In this document: positions 22,854 to 35,473 of the stretch, piece by piece
How the letters are laid out: each line of letters opens with the position of its first letter
How positions within the stretch are numbered: position 1 is the stretch's first letter
Assembly (NCBI RefSeq): GCF_018977255.1
Contig: NW_024704743.1
Span: 95,792,001-95,856,000, forward strand
Length of the DNA: 64,000 bases
From: Callorhinchus milii
Lineage: Eukaryota
Direction: 5' to 3'
Made by a program: the position numbers and the translations under genes
The notes under the pieces: generated by a model
Seen by the model: the letters and a program-made list of their open reading frames with translations, nothing else
Database searches by the model: none
What the model was told of the DNA's origin: nothing

Positions 22854-25258
22854 CAGAATCCAATAGCTTCCAACAACTTCAAAGAATTGTTAATAGAACA
22901 GTCTGTACTGAGCTGGGTATAGCTCTCAATGCTGTTTCATCCAAAGCCATTAGATGAACTTATTTAATTTGTTGTCATGTACATAACCTTTCGCTGAATG
23001 TTTGTGTGCAATCACTTGGAAACATCAATGTTAATTATCATAGAATCATTATATTTGTTGGTGTCATTGCTGGGGTAGAGCGCTCTGGGGACCCTACCCC
23101 GCGTGAAGGTTGCTATATAAATGCAAGTTGTTGTTGTTGTTGTAGAGGCAGATGAAAGTGATACGTGCACTATCTACTAAACAGTCACCAGCCACAAGTT
23201 TCTCTGAAGGCTGAGTTGGTAAAGTTCAGAACTGAGCCACAGGCTTGATCCCAGTGCTACATGAAATATTATTATTATTATTGTTCTCTTAGTTGGTTGG
23301 CTCCAGAACTCCTACAAGAAGATCAACCAGGTTTGTACATCATGCTGTCTAGTGACGACAGCACTTAGCAACATCAGGGTTAAACTTTAGAGATGTTCAT
23401 ACTGCAGAGGATTTTTTGGAAAGAGTTTATTCAATTTAATCAGATTTGAAAGCCTGAAATAACTACACATTTAAGGAATTAAGATGCAATGCTATTATTC
23501 CAGTGGAAATTAAATTGCTCTCCATTATGAATTTCCCTATAATCCTTGTGCGTGGTGATCAGCTTTTAGCCATTATGAATTTCCACATCTATTGGGAGTT
23601 TTGACGAATGATAAACTCACCCATGCATTCTGGTAAATTTGAGCAAGTGGCTTATTTTTCTCTTAACAGGCAGATACACATTAATCAATCTGAAGATGTA
23701 TCAATACCTTTTTTTTACATGGGAGTCAGATTTTGCAGTTTTCTTAATCATATTCCTTTCCTTAATTATCCCCAGGGGAATTCAAGGCACGCTTTATTGA
23801 CTAGAAACTGACTTTAATGACAGTTTTGACCTTGAACACTCCATGACTGATTTGGGGAGAATGTTTTTTCCCTTAGACTTTTCAAAACAGCAATCTAGCC
23901 TGATTAAAGCCTGCCGTTCCCGGCTTGGATGCTCAGCCAGCAGTGTTAAGCACTTTGAGACGTCCTCCCGACATGAAAGCCATATATAAATATAAATTGT
24001 ATTATTCCAATCCTGGCATATCTGCTGAGAGACTGTGGGAGGAGAAACAGTGCTCTAAAAAACATTTAACAAAAAATCAATGATGGCAAAGGTGTAAGGT
24101 CAAATATTTACTGTGACAATAACACCAGTTCACATTGCACTTCAACGCTGTAAGATAATGGCCTCAGCAACTCTGTACACACTCCTTACATTAATATGTA
24201 AGGAAATGGATAATTCTAAGATATCTGGGATTTTAAAATGCTTTTATACCAAACCTTTTTTTTAAATTGTTTTTATTTGAAATGTTACTTTTATCCCAGT
24301 TGTTTTTTACATATCTGTTCTCTGGAGAGACTGATAATCCTAATTGGATAACGATACCTCAATATATCCCTCTATTAAGAGACAGAATCTCATCGTCGGT
24401 AGATGGCTCAACATCCTTGGCTTAAACAAACCCATCTCCAGCACAGTGGCTCCAGTCACTGAAAACCTTGGCACTCGAACCTGCAATCATTTTTATTTTT
24501 AACCTTCTTCCAAAGTATTCTTATTCTGGGGCAGAATCATTCATGTTTTCATCAAAGTCCTTTGAACATCACCCTACTTCCACATAGCTCATTAAAAAGA
24601 TTGTAATAAACGTTATCCTAGCATTTGATGCATTATCATGTCAAAATATTTCACTGCATATTTGTAGTAAAAGCAGCAGCCAATTTGCATAAACGTGTAA
24701 AACAACAACAAATTACACTTATATAGCGCCCGTCACATCGGAAAAATGTCCCAAGGCGCTGGAAAATCAGGGGTTTTGGACCTGAGCTGGGTTAGAAGGG
24801 GAGTAGGGCAGGGGGAATGGGGCTGGGAGGGTGGCCGAAAGCACACAAAAAGTCTCACAATTTTGAAGTGAACAACCAATTCTAACCAATTTTACCTTGG
24901 GCATTGTTTGAAGGGCATCGGGAGAAACGTCTGTTTGAATAGGGCCTTGGGATCTTTAACATTCGCTTGAACAGGCTGATGAGACCTTGGTTTAATATTT
25001 CATCCAAAGGAACGCACCTCTGACAATGCTGGAATGCTTCAGCACTGTATTAGAGTATCATCTCAGATTATGAGTCTCAAAGCCCTGATGTGGGGCTTGA
25101 ACAAGTTTCTGCTCAGAGCTCGTGCCATTGATTCACCAGAGAAAGGAGAGATCATGCTGTTCAGTCATTTCTTCTTTTCCACAACCAGGTTGCCTCAGTT
25201 GATTGCACTCCCTGCTCTGGTTTTGAGGTTCATGGGTTCAAGCAACCCTCTTGGGAGT

Positions 25259-25663
25259 AGAATCATAGAATCATACAGCACAAAAAGAGGCCATTCAGCC
25301 CATCGAGTCTGTGCCAGCTCTTTGAAAAAGCAATGCAATGTCAATCCCACTCCCCAGCCCTTTCCCCATAACCCTGCAAACCCATCCTCCTCAAATACCC
25401 ATCCACCGCGTTTTTAAAAGTAATTATTGAATTGGCCTCGACCACCCTTTCAGGCAATGCGTTCCAGATTCGAACAACTCGCTGCGTGAAAAAATTTCTT
25501 CTCACCTTCCCTCTGCTTCTTTTAGATACTATTTTGAATCTGTAACCTTGAGTCAACGACACACCTACCAGTGGAAACAGTTTTTCCCTTTCTAACCTAT
25601 CAAATTCCCTCATGATTTTGAAGACCTCTATTAGGTCTCCTCGTAACCTTCTCTGATCCAAGC
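25259..25663 (-). mobile_element. Young CR1 LINE 3' end inserted into a Deu SINE
   Basis: ORF 25341-25670 RRLRGDLIEVFKIM..RNFFTQRVVRIWNALPERVVEA; (ATTCTATG)n tail; SINE head at 25185-25258 resumes at 25664. Confidence 0.93.
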
Positions 25664-25970
25664 CTGACACTATTGCAGTACTAGGGAGTGCTTCATCTGT
25701 GGAAAGACAGATCTTTGGATAAGATGAGATGTTAAACCGAGATCTGATCTGCCTTTCTTTTCAGTATCAAGTGGCCAACGATCCTCAGGATTAATCAATC
25801 AGTTATCTCTCGACTGATTATCTCTGCAGCAAACAAAATGGCTTCTTCAAGTGCCAACAAAAATTAAGTTTGACAATAATCACTACAAGTGATTCAAAGT
25901 CCTTTGAACATCACCCTACTTCCTACTTTCTGACGTAAAGGTGCTATAAAAATGTAAATTCTTTCTTTCT

Positions 25971-26320
25971 TGATAATAATAACAATAATAATCTTTGCAT
26001 CTGATATAGCACCATATCACCTCTTTGAGATGTCTTAAAGTGCTTCACAGAATATACTGTGAAGTGTATTAACTGTATATTTTGTGGGCTAAACATGGCA
26101 ACCAATTGCGAACAGAAGTGTCCTACAAACAGTAATGGGTTAAGTGATGAAATTATAATTATTATTGTTTTTTGAAGGGATTATTACCATCAGAAAAGCC
26201 AATCGACTAATAACCTACTTACTGCTAGGTGAACAGAGACATGTGGAGTAAGGACACTTGCCCAACGTTTCGCCTTGCCCAGGAATCAAACCTAGGTCTT
26301 CTCGCTTCTTGAGCTAGTAC
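25971..26320 (-). mobile_element. tRNA-derived Deu SINE, long subtype
   Basis: Same head and tail as the short subtype plus an extra ctctgttcacctagcagtaagtagg segment. Confidence 0.8.
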
Positions 26321-27377
26321 TTTAGGTTTTGATGACCTGAGCATTTCCCAATGGGTCATTTATCAGTGAAGAAATATATCCGGCATGCCATCTTATAAGC
26401 TTGAGATGCTATTCTCAGCAGTTAGTAATAATTCTCAGATTTATGGAAAGTTCACCTCATGCATCAGCTATGACTTAGCTGTATACTGGATATGCATGTC
26501 CTCAGCTAAGCAATGCACTTGTCTGTGCATTAAAGAATTTATCTCTACTGTAAATTTTAGAAGCCAAAGAAAATTCCATTCTATTGTTAGTTACGAGCGA
26601 TGGCTCACAGACATCCTGAAGCTATAATTCTGTGCAATTCTCCCTGACATGTCTCTCCTCCCACACCCTACTCCTACTTTGGACCTCATTTTCTTTGGTC
26701 TCATCTCTCTAACACTTGGTTATGTTCCCAACTGATGTCTCTCACCAAATCTCTACATTCCAATCCTGATCTCATTCCAGCCTTGTCTAACAGTTTCTAG
26801 CACTTCAGTAATACAGCTCTTTCAGAGGCAAAAAACTGAGATCAGAGAAGGTACCACCAGTGTGGATCTAGCTTGGGGTAAACTTTATTGTCCAAGTAAC
26901 TTCTTTCTGTGCTGCAAGTACTGTAATTGTGTTCTAGCTTCAAACCCATATCTCTATAATACAATACAAAGCAACTTTTTTATAGTGCCTTTCACATCAT
27001 GAGGATATCCCAAACTACACTGGCAAATCTGGGCATTGATCCAGCTATTCCTGTGGTATAAGTCCAGTTTTACCAAAGCTGAGCAAAGTTTGCATAAGAG
27101 AAATGGAGCTGGAAACCTGGAGTTATGCTTGGAGTTACACCTGGAGTTATACTTTTCCTTTACTCTCACTAAGTTGAAGCAAAGCAGAACTCTACTAACC
27201 AGCATCTGAATACCAATGAGAATGTTTAAAGAACATTTAAAGGGTTTCTCATGCACAAATTACAAAAACAAGAACATATGCAAGTGTGCCTCCAACTGAA
27301 CACAGACTGAGACTTGGTATTTATCAATTAATGAAAAGGTCAATGTTTTTAGTGATCAGCATATGATGGACTCTCAA

Positions 27378-29028
27378 GGGCCCACGTTCTACCTAGTCTT
27401 ATCCTTTTAGACAATCAACTTCGCGCACACTTCTCCTCCCACTCAACAACAACAACAACAAGATTCCATTTATTTGTCGCCTTTCACGTCGGGAGGACGT
27501 CCCTCTTCGAACCCCTCCAGTCCGGTTTCCGCCCTGCCCACAGTACAGAGACTGCGCTTGTGAAAGTCACAAACGACATCCTCTCTATCTGTGACCAGGG
27601 CTCCCTCTGCATCCTTGTTCTCCTGGACCTCTCTGCCACGTTCGACACAGTCGATCACGCCATCCTCCTCTACCGCCTTTCCTCCGTCATCCACCGCAGT
27701 GGGACCGCACTCACCTGGTTCGAGTCTTACCTCACAAACCGCCAGCAGAACATCTGCACAAACGGCTTCTTCTCCCGTTCTCACCCGGTCACCTGTGGGG
27801 TACCCCAAGGATCCATCCTTGGCCCCCTCCTCTTTCTGATCTACATGCTCCCTCTTGGGGATGTCATCTGCAGACATGGGGTACACTTCCACATGTATGC
27901 AGATGACACCCAACTCTATTTTTCCACTTCTCTTTGCAACCCCAGTCCCCTGATGTTCTGTCAGCCTGCCTGTCAGACCTCAGGGGCTGGATGAGCGCAA
28001 ACTTCCTTCAGCTGAACGTTGACAAGACAGAAGCCATACTCTTTGGCTCTCGTCAATGTCTAAAATCTCACGGTTCTCACTTCTCCACCTACCCGATCTC
28101 CCCTTAAAACTCTCCGAACCTGTACGCAACCTAGACGTCAGGTTCGACCCCCAATTATCCTTCCTCCCTCACATCCAGTCCCTCATCAGCACCACTTTCT
28201 TCCACCTCCGACGCATCGCCCGTCTCCACCAATATCTCACCCCAAAAGCTGCTGAAACCTTGGTCCATGCTTTTGTCACCTCTTGGCTGGATTATTCTAA
28301 CACCCTCCTCGCAGGCCTTCCCTCCACCACCATCCATAAAATCCAGATTATTCAAAACTCTGCGCCCGTATTCTCACCCGCACCAAACTCTACTCCCCGA
28401 TCACCCAAGACCTTGCCAGACTGCACTGGCTGTCTGTCCCAGAGAGGATCAACTTCAAAATCCTCACCCTTGTCTTCAAATCCCTCCACTCCTCTGCACC
28501 CACCTACCTCTTTTCACAACAGTGCCCGTTGCCTTCGTTCCTCCGGGTCTGACCTCCTCCTTGACCCTCGAGTCCTCCGCTCCACCCTCGGCGACCGTGC
28601 CTTTAGCCACTATGCCCCGAGGCTCTGGAACTCCCTTCCTCACTCCCTTCGCCTCGTTCCCTCCCTTCCCATTTTCAGGTCTCTGCTGAAGACCTTTCTT
28701 TTCGACCGCACCTTTGGTCACCTTCCTCCCCCTGGCTTGGCCCCGGGATCCATTATTATGAAGCGCTCTAAGACGCCATCCGGGGTGGAGGGCGCTCTAT
28801 AAATCCAAGTTGTTGTTGTTGTAGTAGACCATTTTGTGTTCAAATTTAAGATTGCCCAGAATTGTGAAAAATTACAAAATTAAACCTTAAATTAAAGTTT
28901 TTTTTGTAGTTTTTAAAAATAAACAGTTTCTAAATTAAGACTAAATTTAAGAATTTTCAAAACTCTGCACAATCTTAAATTTAAGACCAAATAATCTTAA
29001 AGGCTGAGACTAGGTGGATTTTCAGGCT
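27378..29028. mobile_element. Palindromic MITE-like element split by an L2 insertion
   Basis: Left end acctagtcttatccttttagac (27391-27412) is inverted relative to the right end tcttaaaggctgagactaggtgg; internal inverted repeat 28842-28982; related copies near 41230, 50940, 53370 and 58710. Confidence 0.65.
27413..28824 (+). mobile_element. L2 LINE RT/3' region with an antisense short L2 tail nested at 27444-27500
   Basis: [36 protein letters not shown]; (TTG)n tail; flanked by tagac/tagac. Confidence 0.93.
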
Positions 29029-29652
29029 ACTGGTACTGCACGTTTCCTGTAGTGTTCACCAGCTAGTTTTTCATGAAGACAATATTCATTTGATTCCAGT
29101 TCAGCGTCTGTTTATGGCATGTCACTTTACTGTCTACAGATCCCTGGTCTGGTTTACCAGCATAGCAATTGCCAGCTGACAGGGGGCAGGAGGAGAAACC
29201 ATTAGAGGAGATCATATAGGAATTTATCCATCTGATCTCTGTTTAGTCTAATCACGGAAGTGCGTGGGGACTCAGTTTTGGCTCTAATCAGAAGAATAAT
29301 GCTGGAAAGTGATGTGTGGTTTGTTAGTTTGTAAGTTGAATTCTCTGTCATGGGTATTAAGTGCTATTTTGTTTTACTAGCACCGCAGTCGCAAATGCTG
29401 AAGAAACATGCCAGATGACCTACCTATTACAGCTACACAAGATAGATGTGGGTTTGCTTTCATGATTCCTCACGTAGTCTGTTATTTCAAGTGTGCTGAC
29501 TTGAGGAGGCTGAGGGAAAGGCCGGTGGAAATTGAACAAATGGAAAGTAGAAAACTCACAGAGAGAGAGACCTGGCTGCTGTCATGCACTGGCAAGACTC
29601 ATCAGTTAAAGAATATCATTGGCAAAAAACTTGGATCAGACAGCCTGCTCAC

Positions 29653-29850
29653 CTTTCACTGCTCCCCAGCTATCATCTACTACTCCCAACCTTTCTCACT
29701 ACTCCCAGCCACCTTCCTTCCCAGCTACTCTCACTACTCACCAGCTATCTTCAATTCTCCCTAGCTATCCACACCATACCTGAGTTATCTTCTCTACTCC
29801 GTAGCTATCCGCATTATTCTTGAACTATCTTCACTACTCCCAGACATTCT
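29653..29850. repeat. Degenerate minisatellite, ~19-20 bp unit, about 10 copies
   Basis: Consensus approximately cttcactactcccagctat repeated in tandem. Confidence 0.8.
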
Positions 29851-29931
29851 CTGGGGAAGTTCTCACAAGATCACATCATTGGTTCAGCCCATTTGACCTC
29901 ATCCTTCCAGAATACCCACTCTACTGTCATT

Positions 29932-30249
29932 GTGGAGTCCTGTAGCTCAGTGGTTAGAGCACTCGTTTTGCAAGTGAGAGACCTGAGTTCAATTCCAGGC
30001 AGGGCGAAACCTTGGGCAAGTTTCCTTACTCCACACACCTAATAATAATCCCTCCAAAGCCAAAAACAATAATAAATTGGTCATTTTCAATTTACGACTG
30101 TTTGTGGGACATTGCTGTGCGCAATTGGCTGCCGCGTTCGCCCACAAATATACAGTTAATTCACAGTGTGTTCTGTGAAGCGCTTTGGGACGTCCTCCCA
30201 ATGTGAATAGCGCTATATCAAATGAAAGGATTATTATTATTACTATTAT
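29932..30249 (+). mobile_element. Young full-length tRNA-Ala-derived Deu SINE inserted in an old CR1
   Basis: A box tagctcagtgg, anticodon loop tttgcaa, B box gagttcaattcc, Deu core tgtttgtgggacattgctgtgcgcaattggctgccgcgtt, L2-like tail and (ATT)n. Confidence 0.92.
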
Positions 30250-32493
30250 CCCATTGTAGTGCCAAGCAATTTTTAAAATGAATCCAGTGCCTCTTGCCCT
30301 CAACTACCCTAACCTGTTTCAGGCATTAATGACCCTTTGGGTAAAGAAATATTTCTTGGTACCATTCTGAAATTAGCCTTTGCAACCCTAAACTCGAGTG
30401 TTCGTGTTCTGCTGTCTTAATGCATTCACTTTCTCAATCCCACTTATAATTTTATACACCTCTATAAAGGTACCTCCTGAGACATTGCCTTTCAAGACTG
30501 TAGCTTGTCTAATTGTAGCTCATTCCACAAGGGATCATCCTCATTGCTTTGCAATGTCTCTGGGCCCTTATGTCACATTGACCAGAACTGTATGCAGTAC
30601 TGTGGCCTGACTGCAAAGAGTTCTGGTCATATAGTTTGAATATGACTTCTGGAGATTAAACTCAACTGATTTAGCACTATAGCCTGTCATTCGGTTTGCT
30701 ATGTACATTGCTGCTTCACAGTATTTTGATACGATAAGCGATAAATCAACTAACACCCCTAGATGTATCTTAGCTTAAAGAAAGAAAGAAAGAAAGAAAA
30801 AAAGAAAGAAAAAGAAATAGCCTTTCCTTTAATATAGTGCCTTAGGAGAATATCTCAAAGCACTTCACATACTATCCTGCAGAATATAATGACCGTGTTT
30901 TGTAGACAAATGTGACAGACAATTTGCGCACAGCAAAGCCCCACAAATAGCCTCTGAAATGAATGACCAATTTTATATGGGGTATTGTTGGTCAGGACAC
31001 CAGGAGAAATGCCCTTGTCTTTCAAATAATGCTAGGGGATCTTTAATGTTCACCTGAACATACAAGCAGAACCTCGGCTCAGCATTTCATCTGAAGGACG
31101 AACTTGCTTTGTTGGTAATAATTCCATTATTACTTAAAGTGAGCAGGAAGTCTTAGCAGTGTAAGTCTCAACCTGACATATGTCACATTTTGACTCTGCA
31201 ATCCTAATGTGAACTTAAGCAGCAGTACTTACAGCTGATCTTTCTCATTGGAACAGCATGTAATTCACAATCATACCAGCACAATTCAATATTATACATT
31301 AAAAGGGAGAGAGTGCAGAATGTCCTCCATTTTCCTGATGGGGCTCATTCCACATGACATGTTGTCTAGACCTTATTAGTTATTTAAGACAAAAGAAATC
31401 TAAGGGTGTTAGTTCACTCTACGCCCAAAAAACACACATCCTTCCAATTTGAAAAGCGCTATACCAAATACAACTATTATTACCTTCAGGACTGAAAATA
31501 TCAAATGGTATAGGGTGAATAAATCACATAATTGCAACAGTTTCTCAGGTAAATGTCAATGCCTCAGTAGCATTGAGGATAAAATGCAAATACCTCCTGA
31601 TATATTTGACATTGCTGAATCCAGATTCAGAGAAAAGACACATAACTGATTTGTTTTAATAGTTCTTAAAGCATTCCTCAATATCTATCACGAATGTAGT
31701 GTAGCCTATCCTTCCTTTAGTGGCATTGGCTCTAAAAGTTAAGGTTTTTTAAGTGCTCCAAGACGCCACCCTGGGTGAAGGGCGCTACACCAATGCAAAT
31801 TGTTGTTGTTGTTGTAACGATACAGGCCAGCCGGTAGAAATTCTCTTTATTAATGCATCACCTCCCCCACACTCCCTTCACTCCCTCCCCGGGATTACAA
31901 ACTATCCTATCTTTCCAGATGAAGAGAAAGAATAAAGGATACAAAGTGGCCTCACAATAGAACGCAGAAGTGATGGTCGATAGGAAAAGCTCAGGTTGCT
32001 AACAGTGGCTGGTGGAAATCCATAAAGTCTATTATGGATCTCCAGCTGTTCATACTGTTCATATAGCTCTTAAATCTCACAGACCCAGACAGCAAAATTT
32101 TAGCAGAACCCAACTTTTCAACCAGTCAGATTTTATATCACTTCTAAAGAAGAGTTTACAGGAAATTATTGAATGGAGAGAAGAGATTAGGTTGGTAGCA
32201 CAGCATGTACGTTATTCATTTAGTTTTGAAGGATAAACTCAGGGATCAGACATTTTGTAGCTTAATATGATCTGGATTAAGCCTGGTCATAGAAGTGTAT
32301 TTATTGCATTATTTTTTTTATCTCAATGATTTTGACTACTTTGATGATAGGTTTGTAGGGTGTTATTTTCTTAAGTCCATCAAAACACCTCTCCATTGCT
32401 GTGAATAGTATTTGTTCATTCTTATCTTATGCCTCCATAGCTGTTGCTCACAAATATTCTTCACATAGAATTACACAGAACGCATAGCATGGA

Positions 32494-33865
32494 AACAACA
32501 ACAACAACAAAATTACATTTGTATAGTGCCTTTCACGTCGGGAGGATGTCCCAAGGCCCTGGACAGACAGAGTTACAGACCCGAGCTGAGGATCGGGGTA
32601 GGGGAGGGTGGAGGGCAAGGGGGGAAGCAGGGAGATCGACAGCGCAATCGAAGAAGGGTGTCTTGAGGTGGGTCTTGTGGGTAAGGGAGGGGCAAGATGG
32701 AGGGACTGCGAGATGGAGTTCCAGAGGGTGGGTGCAGAGTGGCGAAAGGCTCGCCCGCCGATAGTGGGGTGAGCAAGGCAGGGGACGTGAAGCAGGCCGG
32801 AGCCCGCTGAGTGGAGGGAGCGAACAGGGTGGTAGGGGTTAGGAGGTCGGAGAGGTAGAGGGGAGCAGGACCATGGAAGGCTTTGAAGGTGAGGACGAGG
32901 ACCTTGAAATGTATCCTCTGTGTGATGGGAAGCCAGTAGAGTTGGGTGAGGATGGGAGTGATAGGGTCGCGGAGCCTAGTGCGGGAGAGGACACGGGCTG
33001 CAAGGTTCTGGTTGATCTGCAGCCTGTGGAGAGAGGAGTTGGGGAGGCCGACAAGCAGTGAATTTGTACAGTTGAACCTCGATGTAATGAAGGCGTGTAT
33101 GAAGGTTTCAGCGGTCTGCGATCTGAGACAGTGTCGGAGCCGGACGACGTTGCAGAGGTGGGGGAAGGCAGAGCTGGTTATGGCGCGGATGTGGGGTAGA
33201 AATGATAGTTGAGGGTCAAACAAGACCCCAATGTTCCGGACTGGATTAGCAAGGTGGAGTGTGCAACCATGGATGGTGATGCTGTCAGCGCCTGAGGTGA
33301 GGAGGCGCTGATGGGAGCCAATCAGGAGAGCCTCGGTCTCGTTGACTTTCAATTGAAGAAAGTTAACTCTCAACAACAACAACAACAAGATTCCATTTAT
33401 AGAGCGCCTTTCACGTCGGGAGGACGTCCCAAGGTGCTGTACAGTTCGGTCAGGACCCGAGCATTGGGGGGAAATGGTCAGGGTGAGGGGAGGGAAGGGA
33501 GGGAGGCGAGGAGGGGATAGAGAGTCGAGAGGGGAGCTGAAGGCACAGTCAAAGAGAAAGGTCTTGAGACCGGCCTTGAAGGAGGAAAGGGAGGAGGCGG
33601 CGAAGGCATTGGGGGATAGAGTTCCAGAGCCTAGGGGCTGAGAGGCTGAAGGCCCGGCCACCGATGGTAGGGCGGTTAGGGCGGGGGATGTTGAGCAGAC
33701 CGGAGCCAGAGGAACGGAGGGTACGGGCAGGTAAGTAGGGGGATAGTAGGTCAGAGAGGTAGGAGGGAGCAAGGCCGTGAATGGCCTTGTAGGTGAGGAT
33801 GAGGATCTTGAATTCAAGGACTTAATGTCTCTTATCCAGGACTTGATGTCTGACAGACATTCTGT
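32494..33865 (-). mobile_element. L2 LINE 3' part with a second L2 (33371-33817) nested inside; the whole unit sits in a CR1 3' end
   Basis: Two (CAA)n tails (32494, 33371); DIKSW and VNFLQL are split by the inner copy; CR1 tail at 32464-32497 resumes at 33866. Confidence 0.92.
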
Positions 33866-34860
33866 CATTCGGTCCAACTATTCCACGTCGGAGTTTATAC
33901 TCCACATGAGTCTCCACGCACCCCTAATCCTCCCTGCTAATCCCTCTCCCTATTCCACTGTATTCCTTTCTCCCTCGTACTTGCATTGAATTTCCTCGTA
34001 AATGGATTGAAGGGTTCTGTTTCAGCCACGGCAGTGAGTTTCACATTCTCACTGCCCTCTCTGTAAAGCAGTTCCTCCTAAACTATCCGGTCGATTATGG
34101 AAATTCCCTCCTCATTGGCCTTCCCAACTCTTCCCTTCACAAGCTGCAGATCATCCAAAACGCTGCAGCTCGTGTACTCTCGCACACCAGGCTCCGTGAC
34201 CCCATCACTCCCACCCTCGCCCAACTCCACTGGCTCCCCATCCCCCAGAGGATCGAATTCAAGACCCTCGTCCTCACTTTCAAGACCATCCATGGCCTTG
34301 CCCACTCCTACCTCTCTGACCTGCTGACTCCCTACCAACCTGCCCATTCCTCCATTCAGCGGGCTCCGGCCTGCTCCATGTCTCCCACCCGACCCGCCCT
34401 ACCATCGGTGGCCGGGCTTTCAGCCTCTCTGCTCCAAACTCTGGAACTCCATCTCACAGTTCCTTCACCTCGCTTCCTCCCTTGCCTCCTTCAAGGCTGG
34501 TCTCAAGACCCTTCTCATTGATTGTGCCTTCGGTCGCTCTCCCATCTCTCCACCTTCCCTCACCCCACCCCTCCCCCATACTCGGGTCATCACCCTGGAC
34601 TGTCCATTGCCTTGAGACGTTCTCCCGAAGTGGAAGGTGCTCTATAAATGTCATTTTGTTGTTCTGGATCTGCTACTGATCATCTTGTATTTATGCCCCT
34701 TTGTTATGAACTCACCAGAATTTAGAAACAGCCTAATAATGAAAAATTTATCAACCCCTTTAATAATTTTAATCATCGCTATCTGGTCCCCTCTAAAATC
34801 TCTTGTCTGCAGAGAAGAAAGCTCTAACTTGTCCAGTCTTTCTTGATAGCTATTGAGAAT
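33866..34860 (-). mobile_element. CR1 LINE 3' region interrupted by an L2 at 34093-34662
   Basis: SYQERLDKLELSSLQTRDFRGDQIAMIKIIKGVDK..TKGHKYK (ORF 34651-34878); CR1 3' UTR-like sequence 33866-34082. Confidence 0.82.
34093..34662 (+). mobile_element. L2 LINE 3' fragment
   Basis: Highly similar to 16062-16649; tail gtggaaggtgctctataaatgtcattttgttgtt. Confidence 0.92.
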
Positions 34861-35358
34861 AGCTCTTCCTATTACCAAATAGTAACTTTCTGGGTCATTA
34901 ATTCATCAGTATAAATTACAAATTATTTTGAATAATAATCCCACTAATATGTTAAAAGTGTCATTTGTTTAATGTTCTGAAATTAGCTAATTTATTGTTA
35001 ATCTATTGTTAATTTATTTTTTTTTTTTACAGATTGCAAAACCGATACACCACAAATTTGGAATTTAGTGCAATATTTCCTTAAGGATGAAACTCAAGAC
35101 TATATGTAAACCTAGTGTAACAAGAATGGTTCAGATGAGTCCCCAAATCACAAAAGAGTTTTGGATGACTTTTCAGCCCCTTTGATCTCATCCGTCCACA
35201 ATGCCCTCCCATCACTGTGACAATCTGTGTTTTAAATTAGTCCAGTGTATTGGCCTCAACCACCCCTCTTGGTAATCCGTTCCAGGCATTAATTAGCCCC
35301 TGCATAAAGAAATACTTCCCAGTGTCTGTCATAAAATTGCCCTTTGCAACCCTGAATC

Positions 35359-35473
35359 TATGGGGAGAGTGCAGGGGACTGGGATTGATTTGGATAGCTC
35401 TTTTAAAAAACTGGCACAGATACGATGGGCCGAATGGCCTCCTTCTGTGCTGTATAATTCTATGATTCTATGA
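35359..35473 (+). mobile_element. Short CR1 3' terminus
   Basis: gatgggccgaatggcctccttctgtgctgtataattctatgattctatga. Confidence 0.85.

Noticed and set aside
29653..29850. CRISPR-like array
   Set aside because: Units are contiguous with no unique spacers, there are no cas genes, and the context is vertebrate.
29932..30010. tRNA-Ala gene
   Set aside because: Continues directly into a SINE body and tail and recurs with variable mutations; these are SINE heads.
32573..33877. 434-aa ORF as a novel gene
   Set aside because: It is a patchwork of two nested L2 copies read partly out of frame, including a (TTG)n tail translated as poly-Leu.
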